A stretch of DNA of 64,000 bases from an uncultured Planctomycetota bacterium (GCA_963740195.1 CAVUDF010000001.1:919494-983493); one strand, 5' to 3'. Shown: positions 51,023 through 61,327, numbered from the stretch's first letter. Numbers and translations: made by a program. Notes: generated by a model from the sequence alone, not told the origin.

Positions 51023-52332
51023 GTGACCACGTCTTCAGAAGCGCCAAGGCCTGTCGCCGTCATCGGTGCGGGCTTGGCTGGTTTGACCTGTGCCAAGGTG
51101 CTGCGCAGAAGCCGGCATCGACGTCCTCGTGCTCGATGCCGCCGACGACGTCGGAGGTCGGGTGCGGACGGACACGCACCCCGAGGGTTTCTTGCTCGAT
51201 CGAGGCTTCCAGGTCTTCCTCGACTCGTATCCCGAAGCCAAGCGGCATCTCGACTACAGACGACTCGACCTTCGCTCGTTCGAGCCCGGGGCGATGACGC
51301 GCGTTTCCAACGTCGACGGCTGGCATGCGTTGGTCGATCCGATCCGCAGACCCGGCCGGGCGTTGGGCGTCGCGTTGTCGCCCGCGGCGACGGTGCGGGA
51401 CAAGTGGCTCGTCGCCCGGCTGCGGTTCCGCGTCCTGCGGGGCGACGCAGGAGACCTGCTGTCGCAAGGTGAGACCGCAGTCCACGCTGCAGTTTCTTCG
51501 GAACTGGGGCTTTAGCGACAAGATCATTTCCACCTTCTTCCGCCCGTTCTTCGGGGGTGTCTTTCTCGACCGCTCCTTGTCGACGTCATCGCGGCTGTTC
51601 CTGTGGCTGTTCCGGCTGTTCGCCAAGGGCAACGCGTGTCTGCCGGCGAGAGGGATGCAGGCGATTCCGCGGCAATTGGCGGAGGGCCTGAGTGCCGACG
51701 CACTTCGGCTGAAGACGCCTGTCGCGTCGGTGTCGTCGAAGATCGTCCGAACCGAGGCCGATGAGCTTCTCGATGTAGCCGCGGTGGTTGTGGCGGTCGA
51801 TGCCCCGGCCGCGATGCTCTTGTTGGGCGAAGCCTTGCCGCGCGATTTCAACGATCGCCCGTTCCGGCGGACGACGACGTTCTACTTCGCCGCCGACGAT
51901 CAGCCGTCGAAGGGCAAAATGCTCCGGCTTTGCGGTGACGACAAGGCGTGCCAGCCGATCAACACGATCGCGCCGCTCAGCCTCGTCGCCGACACCTACG
52001 CACCGGCCGGCAAGGCCCTGTTGAGCGTCAACGTCGTTCACGACGAGCCGCGAGAGGACCATCCGCCGCTGATGGACCGCGTGCAGAAGGCGCTCGTCCA
52101 CACGCTCGGCAGCGACGTCGCCGGCGGGCTCCGCTACCTGGCGATGTACGACATCGAGCACGCGCTGCCGAGCCAGCCTCCGCCGACGATGCAGGACGCG
52201 CACCGGTCCGTTCAGCTCGACAACGGCGTCTACCTTGCCGGCGACCATCGCGATACGGCCAGCATCAATGGTGCGATGCTGAGCGGTCGGCGGGCGGCGG
52301 AAGCGGTGCTGGCGTCCGGCGTCGGGCGATGA
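51023..52332 (+). CDS. FAD/NAD(P)-binding amine-oxidase/desaturase-family oxidoreductase, two frameshifts
   Basis: Rossmann dinucleotide motif VAVIGAGLAGLTCAKVL, then DVLVLDAADDVGGRVRT (ORF 51090..). The C-terminal flavin amine-oxidase-like region is ...YLAGDHRDTASINGAMLSGRRAAEAV (ORF 51325..52332). Confidence 0.65.
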
Positions 52333-53440
52333 CGCCGCCCACGACCACAACCGCAACGCCGACGAGTCCCCAGGCCATTGCACCTCCGAAGAACGCGACG
52401 GCCATCGGTGCCGCGACGAGCCCGACTATCGGCCACATCCGTCGCCCGCCGGCGAGCAGGTAGGCGGGAAAGAAAAGCCCATAGAACGCGAGCAGCGCGC
52501 GGTAGCCGACTTCGCCGGGCCGGTACTCGAACAGTCGGACGCTGTCGAACGTCCTGCCGACGAGTTCGCCTTCGCGGTTCGGCATCGGCATCTCGACGGA
52601 CACCGCCCACCCGATCACGCCGGCCAACACGGCGGTCGCGATCAGCATCGGCGACGCCAACTTCGGCCGCTGCGTGACGCTTGCTAGTCGATGAAGCGAC
52701 GTGACGTGGCAGGCATTGGTGATGGCGACTTGCAGAACCAAGTGCAACGCCAGCACCTTCGCCGCGAGCGCGAAGTCGGCCCCGTTCATCATCGCGGGGA
52801 GCGTGCCCGCGTAGCCGAAGGTGATGACGACCATCAGCAGGAAGAAGAGCGCCGAACCCGAAGCCGAAGACACGTCTGCCAAAGCCGCCGGCCGCCTGCC
52901 TCGCGGCCAGGAGCGAGACGTCCAGGTACGGGCACATCAGAAAACCGAGCGTGCAGACGGCGGAACAGCCCGAAGAGGCCCGGCAGGTCCGTCGCGACCG
53001 GCTCGGGCCAGGCCAGCCGTCGGTCGCCAGGAGGAACACGCCGCAGGTGGCGGAGACGACCCACACCGTCATCGCCAGGAACGGCAGTGCCACTTCGAAT
53101 CGTCGGGAGAAGGCCGTAGTCAGCGTGATCAAGGCCGAGCGACCAAGGCCGACGGTTCCGCCGAAGATGCGTGTGAGGATCCAGGCGAGGGCGAAGTTCT
53201 GCAGGACGAGCGTGACAGCGGTGAAGGCGCCGACAGCGGTCACGTGCCGCATGGCGAAATCCGCGGCATCGCCGTGCTTTTGAACCACCAGCCGAGCGAT
53301 GCCGCTCCGATCACGTTCGGCACGGCAAAGACGAGCCAGCCCATAGGGCCGAAGTCGCGGATCAGCAAGACCGGCAGCATCATGCCGATGACCCACGTCC
53401 ACGACGTGGCGACGTAGAAGCGCCAGGGCAAGCGGTGCGA
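52265..53440 (-). CDS. hypothetical polytopic membrane protein, at least 2 frameshifts
   Basis: Three hydrophobic coding-like segments on the minus strand in different frames (ORF 53240..53536 N-terminus, a middle segment inside ORF 52230..54428, and ORF 52265..52882 C-terminus). No family recognised. Confidence 0.3.
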
Positions 53441-53461
53441 GTGGTGGCGGTCGGCGTCGTC

Positions 53462-53852
53462 GCGCATGGGCAGCGGGGACGCTAGCCGGCAAGCCGCGTG
53501 CCGAGCCAGACGAAGCCGACATCCCCGCTGCGACATGTGCGACGACGAGCAGCATCGCCAGCGCCGGCCGGCTCTGCAGCATGTCCAAGATCTCGAGGCC
53601 GAACGTGCTGAAGGTCGTCAGTCCGCCGCACACGCCCGCGACCCAGAACGGCCGATTCGCCAAGAGCCACCCGACGTCGCCACGCCCGAGTCTGCCGACG
53701 ATGAAGCCGATTAGCAGACAGCCCGCCAGGTTGACGAACAACGTCGCGATCGGCACCCATGCCTTGCCAAGCATCTTCAACACGGCTTCGGCGACGCCGA
53801 AGCGGGCGATCGCACCAACCGCGCCGCCAAAGGCTACCCAAAGAAAGGCCAT
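53462..53852 (-). CDS. crcB: fluoride ion channel CrcB/FluC
   Basis: MAFLWVAFGGAVGAIARFG...TLFVNLAGCLLIGF...GVCGGLTTFSTFGLE matches CrcB. It sits inside the spurious 732-aa ORF 52230..54428. Start ATG (rc 53850-53852). The 3' end is approximate. Confidence 0.75.
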
Positions 53853-53948
53853 GTCGGGTTCATCGGCTACCGCGGCCGTGCAAGTCGCCCGAGCTGGTAC
53901 GGCCTGGTCTGTGGCGTGAACGATTCGCACGAGGTCTAGTCTCGCGTC

Positions 53949-54931
53949 GTGCAGGCTTTGACGGGACGACGGCTTGCCGGGCTTTGGCTGGGGTGCGTGG
54001 TCGTCGCTTCCGTCAGCGTCGTGCTGGGGCTGGTGGTCGGCTCGACGTCGATCGGCTGGCCCGGCGCGTGGATTTTCGAGTACCGGTTCGGACGATCCTG
54101 TGCGGCAGGCCTGGTCGGCGCGGCTTTGGCGACGGCGGGCGTTGGGTATCAGACGGTCCTGCGAAACCCGCTGGCCGAGCCGTATCTGCTGGGCGTCAGC
54201 GGCGGGGCGGCGTTGGCGGTGTTCGCGTGGTCGCTGCCGGACATCGCCGGTGCAGCGTGGTTGACGGCGTTGGGACGAGAAGCGGCCGGCCTCGTCGGCG
54301 GACTGGCGGCTGTGGCCATCGTGCTCACGCTCGCGGGCGGTCGCGGCCGACTCGAACCGCAGCGGGCAATTCTGATCGGCGTGGTCGTCGGCGTTCTCTT
54401 CGGCGGGTTGTTCGCCCTGCTGGTGCAACTGACACGTGAGCCCGCCGGCGGGGCGATGTCATTCCTGTTCGGCCGGATCGAAAGCCCCGGCACGGTCGGC
54501 CTGATCAGAATCGCCTGCACGATCGCGGGGGAATCGGAGTTTCTGGCCTGGATGATGGGCCGGGCGTCCCTGTTGGCAGCCGGCGAAGAAGAAGCAAGGG
54601 CGGCGGGTCTCCGGTGAACGGTCTGCGGTGGGGCATCGTGCTCGTCGCGAGCCTGCTAGCCGCCACCGCGACCGCCGCTGCCGGGCCGATCGGGTTTGTC
54701 GGGCTGATGGCGCCGCACCTGGCTCGGCTCCTCGTCGGCGTCGATGTGCGACGCGTCCTGCCGGTCAGCTTCGCACTCGGGGCCGTTCTGCTGGTCGCCA
54801 GCGACGCGCTGGGCCGCGGGATGGCAGGTGTGGTCGGTTCGGAGATCCCGGCGGGCATCATCACGAACCTCATCGGTGGGCCGTTTTTCCTGGCGATGCT
54901 CTACGGCCGCGGCGGAAAGGCGTCGGCATGA
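53949..54931 (+). CDS. FecCD-family iron-siderophore/cobalamin ABC transporter permease, one frameshift
   Basis: NPLAEPYLLGVSGGAALAV ... and second half LRWGIVLVASLL...GLMAPHLARLLVG...IPAGIITNLIGGPFFLAMLYGRGG match BtuC/FecD. It is split at about 54610 into ORFs 53949..54617 and 54614..54931. Confidence 0.75.
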
Positions 54932-55712
54932 CGTGGTGCTTCGAAGCCCGAGACGTGAGCGTCCGTCACGGACAGACAACCGTGCTCGACGCGGCGGCCC
55001 TTCGTCTGGCCGCCGGCGAAGTCGTTGCGCCTCGTCGGTGGCAACGGGGCGGGCAAGAGCACGTTCCTTCTGCGGCTCCGCTTCGGCGACGGCACGGGCC
55101 AGGTCCGTTGGTTCGGCAAGACGCTGCCGGACTGGAACCGTCGCGACCTGGCCCGACGCATCGCCTGGCTGCCGCAGGAGTCCGGCCATCGAGGCGGCAG
55201 AGCGTCCGTTCCTGTCTCGCCTCCGGCCGCTCGGCCTACTGGGGTGCATTCGGAGCCGAGAATGATTCGGACCGCGATGCCGTCGAAGCCGTTGCATGTC
55301 GGCTGTCGTTGTCCGAGTGGCTCGACCGGCACGTCGACACGCTCAGCGGCGGCGAGCGGCGACGCGTGTTGCTCGGCCGGTCGCTGGTTCAGATTGAAGG
55401 CGCAACGCACGCCGTCGTGATGCTGGACGAGCCTGACGCGTTCCTCGACCTTGCCCGCGTGGCCGAGCTTGGCGATGTGGTGCGTCGGCTCGCTGCCGAC
55501 GGTCGCGGCGTGTTGCTGGCCAGCCACGACTTGAATCTCGCCGCCGCCGTCGCGGATCGTTGATCCTCATGCACACCGGCAAGATTCTGGCCGCGGGTCC
55601 GCCGACGAGGTCCTGATCGAACAGCACCTCGCTATTGCTTACGGCGGGGCGGCGACGGTCGAGCAGGTTGCTGGTCGACGGGTCGTCGTCCCACGCCTGT
55701 CGCCACGCCCGT
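54928..55712 (+). CDS. ABC transporter ATP-binding protein (FepC/BtuD-like), several frameshifts
   Basis: Walker [13 protein letters not shown], signature LSGGERRRV, Walker [13 protein letters not shown] and D/H-loop LLASHDLNL are found in three different frames. The tail ...[14 protein letters not shown]...[10 protein letters not shown] is in a further frame. Confidence 0.65.
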
Positions 55713-55722
55713 AGGGTGGGCC

Positions 55723-56677
55723 ATGTCACGCCCGGCCTTGGATTTGCGGCTCGACGACGTCACCCGACGCCTCGTCGACAGCATCCGCAACGAGTCGACG
55801 CTCCACCGGCTCGGCGAGGGGTATCTGCCCAACCGCGAGACGGTCCACCAGGCGGTGGCGACGATGATGCAGTTGGTGTTCCCCGGCTTCTTCGGCCGGC
55901 AAGGTCTGACCGATGCGGAGTTGCCGTACCACGTCGGGGGCCTCGTCGCGAAGCTCTTCGACGAGTTGTTCGAGCCGATTCGCTACTGCCTTCGATTCCG
56001 CGAGCAGGCGGGCGATTGCGTCGAGACGGCAGGCCCGCTGCGACGAGGAGGCGGAGCGAATTGTCGCCGCGTTCGTCGACCGTCTGCCGGCGGTCCGGCT
56101 GCTGTCGGCCACCGACGTCGCCGCGCACTTCGAGGGCGACCCTGCGGCGGGGAGTCACGAGGAGATCATCTTCAGCTATCCGGGCATCCTGGCGGTGACG
56201 GTGCAACGGCTGGCCCACGAGTTGTATCGGCTCGATGTGCCGCTGTTGCCGCGAACGATGACGGAGTTCGCCCACGGCGGACGGGAATCGACATCCACCC
56301 TGGTGCGTCGCTCGGCGAGGGCCTGTTCATCGATCACGGCACCGGCGTTGTCGTCGGCGAGACGTGCGTCATCGGCAGGCGATGCAAGATCTACCAGGGC
56401 GTGACGCTCGGCGCGCTCGCACCGGCCAAGGGTCAGGTGCTGCGAGGTTCGCTCCGGCATCCGTCGAATCGGTGACGACGTCGTCATCTATGCCGGCGCG
56501 ACGATCCTCGGCGGCGACACGCACATCGGCGACCGCTCGACCGTCGGCGGCAACGTCTTCCTGACCCAAAGCGTCCCGCCCGACACCCGCGTCATCGCCG
56601 AGGCTCCACGCTTCAAGTATCGCAACGGCACGATCGTCCGTGAGAGCGAGACCGTTCCGCTCGACTTCCAAATCTGA
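55723..56677 (+). CDS. cysE: serine O-acetyltransferase, 3 frameshifts
   Basis: N-terminal SATase helical domain. Segment [30 protein letters not shown], then left-handed beta-helix [32 protein letters not shown] ... [16 protein letters not shown]...VGGNVFL. Spread over ORFs 55723.., 55913.., 56364.. and a final frame ending about 56677. Confidence 0.7.
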
Positions 56678-56683
56678 GGCCCG

Positions 56684-57004
56684 ATGAAGATTCTGCTGTT
56701 GCCCAACGACCTGATCTTCGCCTCCAAGCTCCGCCGAGCCGGCCAGGGCGTGATCGTCGGCAAGACGCTCGATGGACACGCGGATGCCGGGGCACTCGTC
56801 ATCGACCTGACGCGGCCGACGGCGATGGAAGAGCTGCAAGCCTGGGCTGAAGGAAAGCGGGGCCCTGTTGCGGCCTTTGCGCCGCACGTGGAGGTCGATC
56901 GGATGCGGCAGGCGACGACGCTCGGGGCCGATCCCGTCTGGCCTCGGTCGGCGGTGGCGGCGAAGCTGCCGGCGTGGTTGGCGGCTCTGCCCGATAACGG
57001 GTGA
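56684..57004 (+). CDS. hypothetical 106-aa protein
   Basis: MKILLLPNDLIFASKLRRAGQGVIVGKTLDGHADAGALVIDL... has a compact, alpha/beta-like hydrophobic pattern. No family recognised. Confidence 0.3.
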   Translation: MKILLLPNDLIFASKLRRAGQGVIVGKTLDGHADAGALVIDLTRPTAMEELQAWAEGKRGPVAAFAPHVEVDRMRQATTLGADPVWPRSAVAAKLPAWLAALPDNG

Positions 57005-57196
57005 AGTCCCGCTGGGCTCGCGACCGATAAGTCCGGCATGCCGCGTTGGGACTGCGACCCTGACCTGGTGTTCCTTCCGTGGGAGCGAGGTTGCTCGTTC
57101 CCCGGCTAGTCGTGTGAGGCCGACCTGAACGGGTCGCGTCGTTGCATGTACGACATCCGTTGCGCCGGGCCTGTGCCCGGTTCCGTTGCCGACCGC

Positions 57197-57230
57197 GGGG
57201 TCACCTTTGGGTGACCCTTCGGTCTTTCTG
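57197..57230 (+). terminator. intrinsic-terminator-like hairpin (8-bp GC stem + U-rich tail)
   Basis: GGGTCACC-TTTG-GGTGACCC followed by TTCGGTCTTTCTG. It lies about 190 nt after the 56684..57004 gene and about 20 nt before the BatA-like gene start, so it could alternatively be a 5'-leader element. Confidence 0.4.
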
Positions 57231-57250
57231 CGCCGCCTTATTGTGCACCG

Positions 57251-58567
57251 ATGGGCTTCTCCACGCCGCTGATCCTCTTGGCGTTGCTGCCTATCGCGGC
57301 CATCGCATGGCGGCTGCGGCGGGGGAATGAAGAGACGTCACGCGTGCCGGCGACGCAATTCTGGCAGGGTCTAAACGATGCCTCCGCTGGCGGAGCAAGG
57401 CGGAAGCCGCCTTGGCGACGGATGCTGATTCTGCTTGCCGCAGCTCTGGCCGTCGTTGCAGCGGCGGGGCCGTCAACGGGTGCCCGTGGGCTGGACGTGC
57501 TCGTCGTGATCGACGATCGGCCGGAGATGGCGGCCACTCATCGCGCGGCCGAGGCACGGGCCAGATTGGATGCGATCTACGAGTTGTTGAGGGTGGAACC
57601 GAATGAAGATGTCGTTCCATCGGCCGCACCGCTTGAGGCAATACGGGAGGCCGGCATCGACAACACGCGGCCGATCGTCTTCTTGAGCGACGACCCATCC
57701 GCCGACGCACGGGTTCTTCGAGTTCCTCCGTCGTCGGCCCTGGTGGATCGTGCTGTCGTCGCTGCCTTTGCAGTGCAAGATGAGGTACGCGTTGTCTTCA
57801 CAGCGACGGCGGACGCGGCGGGCAGTACCCAAGTTGAAGTCGACGGCAGGTCGCATCGAGTGGATGTGCCTGTCGGCCGGTCGGTGCATCGCCTGCCGGA
57901 CGCCGGTTCGACGATTCGGCTCACGGGAGGCGATGATGTTTCTGGCAACGACGAGGTTCTCGCGCAACGGCCTCGCGGTATGTCGGTAGTGACGGGGCCG
58001 TCGGTTACTGACGGAGTTCGACGTCTTGCCGACGCCATGAGTCAAGCAAGAGGCGGTATCGAGCCTTTGAAGGCGGTCACGATCGGCGGACAGTCCGCGG
58101 CCGATGTGGTCGTCGAACCGGCGACCGTCGAAAGCCGCGGGCCCTTTGTGCTGTCCGACTTTCGCCCGGCGTTCAGCGTTGACTGGAACCGCCTGATCGA
58201 CGTGCGGCGATCGGCGGAGACGATGCCGAGCGGCTTCACGGCCGCAGTGACGGATGGTGACGGTATGGCTTTGGTAGGCGTTGACCGGGAGGACCATCGC
58301 GTCTGGATCGGCTTCGACGCCCGTGGCTTCGACGCCACGGCAGATTTTATTCGGTTCTGGGTCGATGTCATCGATTGGGTGGCTGAGCCGGTGCCGCAGG
58401 AGGTTCCGAAGTTGACGACGCGCGATCTCACTTTTGATGCGGATGCAGTGACGGCCGAACTCAAGCCGCACGTGCGTCGGGCCGATGGTTGGAAGGTCCC
58501 GCTGGCCGCGTCGCTGCTGGCGCTGGCGGCTGCGGCGTTGCCTGGCCTGAGCAGGCGTGGCGGTTGA
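57251..58567 (+). CDS. BatA-like N-terminal double-TM domain protein with degenerate vWA-like region
   Basis: N-terminus MGFSTPLILLALLPIAAIAWRLRRG...(second TM) matches the double-transmembrane N-terminal domain family. LDVLVVIDDRPEM resembles a vWA start but lacks an intact MIDAS. Confidence 0.45.
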   Translation: MGFSTPLILLALLPIAAIAWRLRRGNEETSRVPATQFWQGLNDASAGGARRKPPWRRMLILLAAALAVVAAAGPSTGARGLDVLVVIDDRPEMAATHRAAEARARLDAIYELLRVEPNEDVVPSAAPLEAIREAGIDNTRPIVFLSDDPSADARVLRVPPSSALVDRAVVAAFAVQDEVRVVFTATADAAGSTQVEVDGRSHRVDVPVGRSVHRLPDAGSTIRLTGGDDVSGNDEVLAQRPRGMSVVTGPSVTDGVRRLADAMSQARGGIEPLKAVTIGGQSAADVVVEPATVESRGPFVLSDFRPAFSVDWNRLIDVRRSAETMPSGFTAAVTDGDGMALVGVDREDHRVWIGFDARGFDATADFIRFWVDVIDWVAEPVPQEVPKLTTRDLTFDADAVTAELKPHVRRADGWKVPLAASLLALAAAALPGLSRRGG

Positions 58568-58609
58568 CTCCCCCCGTGGCGAGGTTTAGCGTTCGAGACG
58601 GCACTTCCC

Positions 58610-59050
58610 GTGTCGGCAGCTCCCAACACCATGTTCGACTCCGCACCGACCGGCACCGCCGCTCCCTCCGATTCCGCGGCCGTCGACGCACCGGTCCGGG
58701 TGTCCGTCATCGATGGTCACGTTGATCTGGTGGAGTTCGTCCAAAGCAAGGTTCTCGACGAGGCGAACATCGCCAGCATCGGGGCGAAGGTCGATGAGCT
58801 CATCGACGCCTCCGACAAGCCTCGGCTGTTGCTCGACTTCGAGACGGTCGAGCACCTGTCCAGCGCCGCGCTGGGCATGCTCATCAACGCGAACAACCGC
58901 ATACGCGAGAAGAACGGCCAGCTTCGCCTGTGCAATATTCGCCGGCAGATCATGGAGGTGTTCTCCATCACCAAGCTGGACACGCTCTTCAAGATCTACC
59001 CGGATCGCCCCGGCGCCCGCGAAAGTTTCGACAAGTACCGCACGGCCTAG
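58610..59050 (+). CDS. STAS-domain anti-sigma-factor antagonist
   Basis: SpoIIAA/RsbV-like pattern: VDLVEFVQSKVLDEANIASIGAKVDELI...RLLLDFETVEHLSSAALGMLINANNRIREKNGQLRLCNI...VFSITKLDTLFKIY. Confidence 0.7.
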   Translation: MSAAPNTMFDSAPTGTAAPSDSAAVDAPVRVSVIDGHVDLVEFVQSKVLDEANIASIGAKVDELIDASDKPRLLLDFETVEHLSSAALGMLINANNRIREKNGQLRLCNIRRQIMEVFSITKLDTLFKIYPDRPGARESFDKYRTA

Positions 59051-59089
59051 GGCCGGCAGTGCCGTTCTCGACCTGACTTACGACCGCCG

Positions 59090-59587
59090 TTGCCTCGCCT
59101 GCCGATGCCGCCCGTTGCTCCCAATACCAGACTGCGGGTGCCATCGCCTGAAGGCGAGACGTTGTCGTTCGTCATCCCCAGCGACCTCCTGCGTGGCCGG
59201 GAGGTGCAAGATGCCATCCTCGACGCGTGCCGGCGGTACGGCTTCGGCGACGACGCCTATTTCGCGGTCAAACTCGCGATGGACGAGGCAGTCACCAACG
59301 CCATCAAGCACGGCAACAAGCTTGACCCGGACAAGCAGGTCGCTGTCGACGCCCACGTGACGCCCGAGCGGATCGAGTTGAAGGTCCGCGACGAAGGTCC
59401 GGGCTTCGACCCGCACCGCGTGCCGGATCCGACGCTCGACGAGAACCTCGGCAAATGCAGCGGGCGGGGCTTGTTGTTGATCGAGGCGTACATGTCCGAC
59501 GTCGCCTGGAGTAAAGACGGCCGGACGATTCGGATGGCGAAGGTGAATCGGCCTGAGACGCCGTCGTTGCCGAAGACGGGGTCTTGA
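59090..59587 (+). CDS. anti-sigma-factor serine kinase (RsbW/SpoIIAB-like GHKL ATPase)
   Basis: N-box AVKLAMDEAVTNAIKHGN, G1 VRDEGPGFD and G2 GRGLLLI match the HATPase_c of partner-switching kinases. It immediately follows the STAS gene. Confidence 0.75.
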   Translation: MPRLPMPPVAPNTRLRVPSPEGETLSFVIPSDLLRGREVQDAILDACRRYGFGDDAYFAVKLAMDEAVTNAIKHGNKLDPDKQVAVDAHVTPERIELKVRDEGPGFDPHRVPDPTLDENLGKCSGRGLLLIEAYMSDVAWSKDGRTIRMAKVNRPETPSLPKTGS

Positions 59588-59611
59588 GGGGTCAGGCGGG
59601 GGTGCGGCCTC

Positions 59612-59660
59612 GGTTTAGGTGTTCGGTGTTCGATGTAGGCGTTCGGTACAGGTGTTCGAC
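59612..59660. repeat. short degenerate tandem repeat (GTTCGR-containing 10-12-nt units x4)
   Basis: ggtttaggt GTTCGGT GTTCGATgtaggc GTTCGGTacaggt GTTCGAC, directly upstream of hairpin-element copy 2. Confidence 0.35.
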
Positions 59661-59665
59661 TTTTT

Positions 59666-59697
59666 CGCTACCTGCGGGCTGTAAGCCCGCGGCTGGG
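59666..59697. repeat. 32-nt conserved intergenic element with 8-bp GC hairpin (copy 2)
   Basis: Identical to 5738..5769. Same orientation, again downstream of a plus-strand gene, 79 nt after the RsbW-like stop. Confidence 0.6.
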
Positions 59698-59709
59698 TGA
59701 TCTTCTGAG

Positions 59710-60417
59710 TTATGCGCCGAGGGAGCGGGGGTTGAGGAGCCAGTTGTCGTGGCCGGGGACGATCAGGTCGGCGATCTCGTAGACCTCACGCATGGCCTCG
59801 GCGGCGGCGTTGGCGTCGTAGGCGTTGGGGAGCACCTGGGCGGCCAGCAGGTGGTCGCGTGTGGGGACGGCATCGCCTGCGATGAGCGTCGTCTGGGTCG
59901 GCTCGGCCACGAGAAGCCCGCAGGTGCCGGGCGTGAAGCCGGGGAGCGGGAAGAGGTCGACATTACCGGCGAGCTTGTCACCGTCGGGCGTGCCGATGCG
60001 TCGCAGAAGTGTCAGCTCTTTCTCAACCGTCTGGGAGACGGCCGGGTCATCGGCCTTGGCGGCGAGTTCACCCAAATGATCTTCGACGGCGGTCCGCTCC
60101 GGATCGTGGATGAGCCACTTGGCCTTGGTGAAGAGTTCGAGCCCGCCGCGGTGTGCGGGGCGAAAGTTGGTCAGGAAGACGACGTCGATATCGCCGGGCT
60201 TGAGGCCGGTGCGCTCGAAGAGTCGTGCCTCCAGCGCCTGGGCGGGCAGGCCCGGGTCGACGAGGATGCGAAGCTCTCTGCCGCTCATGGCGGAACCTTC
60301 GACGCTGGTGCGAATGAGGGTGGTCGTAGCGTGCGGCGTGCGGACTGGTTGGGTTTCGCCCCAGATGCGGTTGCGTCCGAGGGTGCCGATGCTGACGATG
60401 TCGACGCGAACTGCCAT
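59710..60417 (-). CDS. metallo-beta-lactamase-fold hydrolase (degenerate metal motif)
   Basis: MBL-fold pattern with VVFLTNFRPAHRGG in place of the canonical THxHxDHxGG, and later GDAVPTRDHL ... VPGHD. Length 235 aa. Confidence 0.6.
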   Translation of the reverse strand: MAVRVDIVSIGTLGRNRIWGETQPVRTPHATTTLIRTSVEGSAMSGRELRILVDPGLPAQALEARLFERTGLKPGDIDVVFLTNFRPAHRGGLELFTKAKWLIHDPERTAVEDHLGELAAKADDPAVSQTVEKELTLLRRIGTPDGDKLAGNVDLFPLPGFTPGTCGLLVAEPTQTTLIAGDAVPTRDHLLAAQVLPNAYDANAAAEAMREVYEIADLIVPGHDNWLLNPRSLGA

Positions 60418-61327
60418 GGAAGCGCACCGTAGCCTGCCGTCGTTCTTGTTGATCGCCTTGCTGGCGTTGTTGTGCTGTGCCGTCGCCGGCTGTGGCGGCG
60501 GAAGCCGATATCAACAGGCGGAATGGCCTGACGGCCCGGAGGGTGGCGACGTCGTCCTGACGAAGCACTACGCGACCCACACGACGCTCACGGACAGCAA
60601 GCAGCGCGAGGCCGTCGCGACGACGCTCGAGCGGTCGCGTGTGCTCTACGAGCAGCTCGCACCGCTGCCGACGAGGCAGGTCGAGCGACGCACCGCCTTC
60701 GTGTTTGGCCTGCGGGAAGACTGGGCAGAGCACACGCGTCAGACCCAGGGAAGCCGGGCGGCGCTGTATCTGAACATCGACCGCGGCGGTTTTGCCGACA
60801 GCCAAAACTTCTCCACCTTCTTCAGCGGCAGCGTGGCGTCCATGCTGGCAACGGTCCGCCACGAGGGGTTTCACCAGCACATCGCGCTCGGCTTCAAGGA
60901 ACGTCCGCCCGCCTTCTTGGAGGAGGGGCTGGCGACTCTTTTCGAGGAGGGTTTCGACTACGGCGACATCACCAAACCGCGCAGCAACTTCCGCCGGCTG
61001 CGCGAGCTGCGTGAGGCTGTGCAGCGACGCCGGGCGTGGTCGCTCGATCGTCTGCTGACCATGCACGCCGGCCACGTCGTGGGTGCCAACGACCACCGGC
61101 AGGTCGGCACGTTTTACGCCCAGGCGTGGGCGCTGGCGTACTTTCTGGTCACCGCCGACGGCTACCGCGAGAAGACGCCCGACCTGATGGCCGCTTATGC
61201 CGACGGATCGGCATCGCCGGATCCGCGGCTGGCGTTTGAGCGGGCGTACGGCAAGCGGTTCAACGTGCTCGTCAGCGACTACGAGCAGTTTGTCTTCAAC
61301 CTGGTCCATCGAGACACTCATGACTAG
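60418..61327 (+). CDS. lipoprotein with HEGFHQ motif (DUF1570-like putative metallopeptidase)
   Basis: Start at MEAHRSLPSFLLIALLALLCCAVAGCGGG (lipobox), directly abutting the MBL gene start on the other strand. Central VRHEGFHQHIALGF motif and an Ala/Leu-rich helical C-terminal region, as in DUF1570 proteins. Confidence 0.5.

Noticed and set aside
53853-53948. Possible fluoride riboswitch upstream of crcB
   Set aside because: Only a partial GCCGAUGAACCC resemblance immediately abutting the start codon. The rest of the conserved crcB-motif pseudoknot is absent by eye. Needs a covariance-model scan before any call.
52230-54428. 732-aa ORF on the minus strand, the longest in this region
   Set aside because: Extremely Arg/Pro/Ala-rich with low complexity, typical of out-of-frame or antisense reading in GC-rich DNA. 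It only contains real coding sequence where it coincides with crcB and a segment of the neighbouring membrane protein. Not a gene.
57473-58471. 332-aa minus-strand ORF antisense to the BatA-like gene
   Set aside because: Low-complexity Arg-rich sequence. The plus strand has a coherent membrane-anchored protein.
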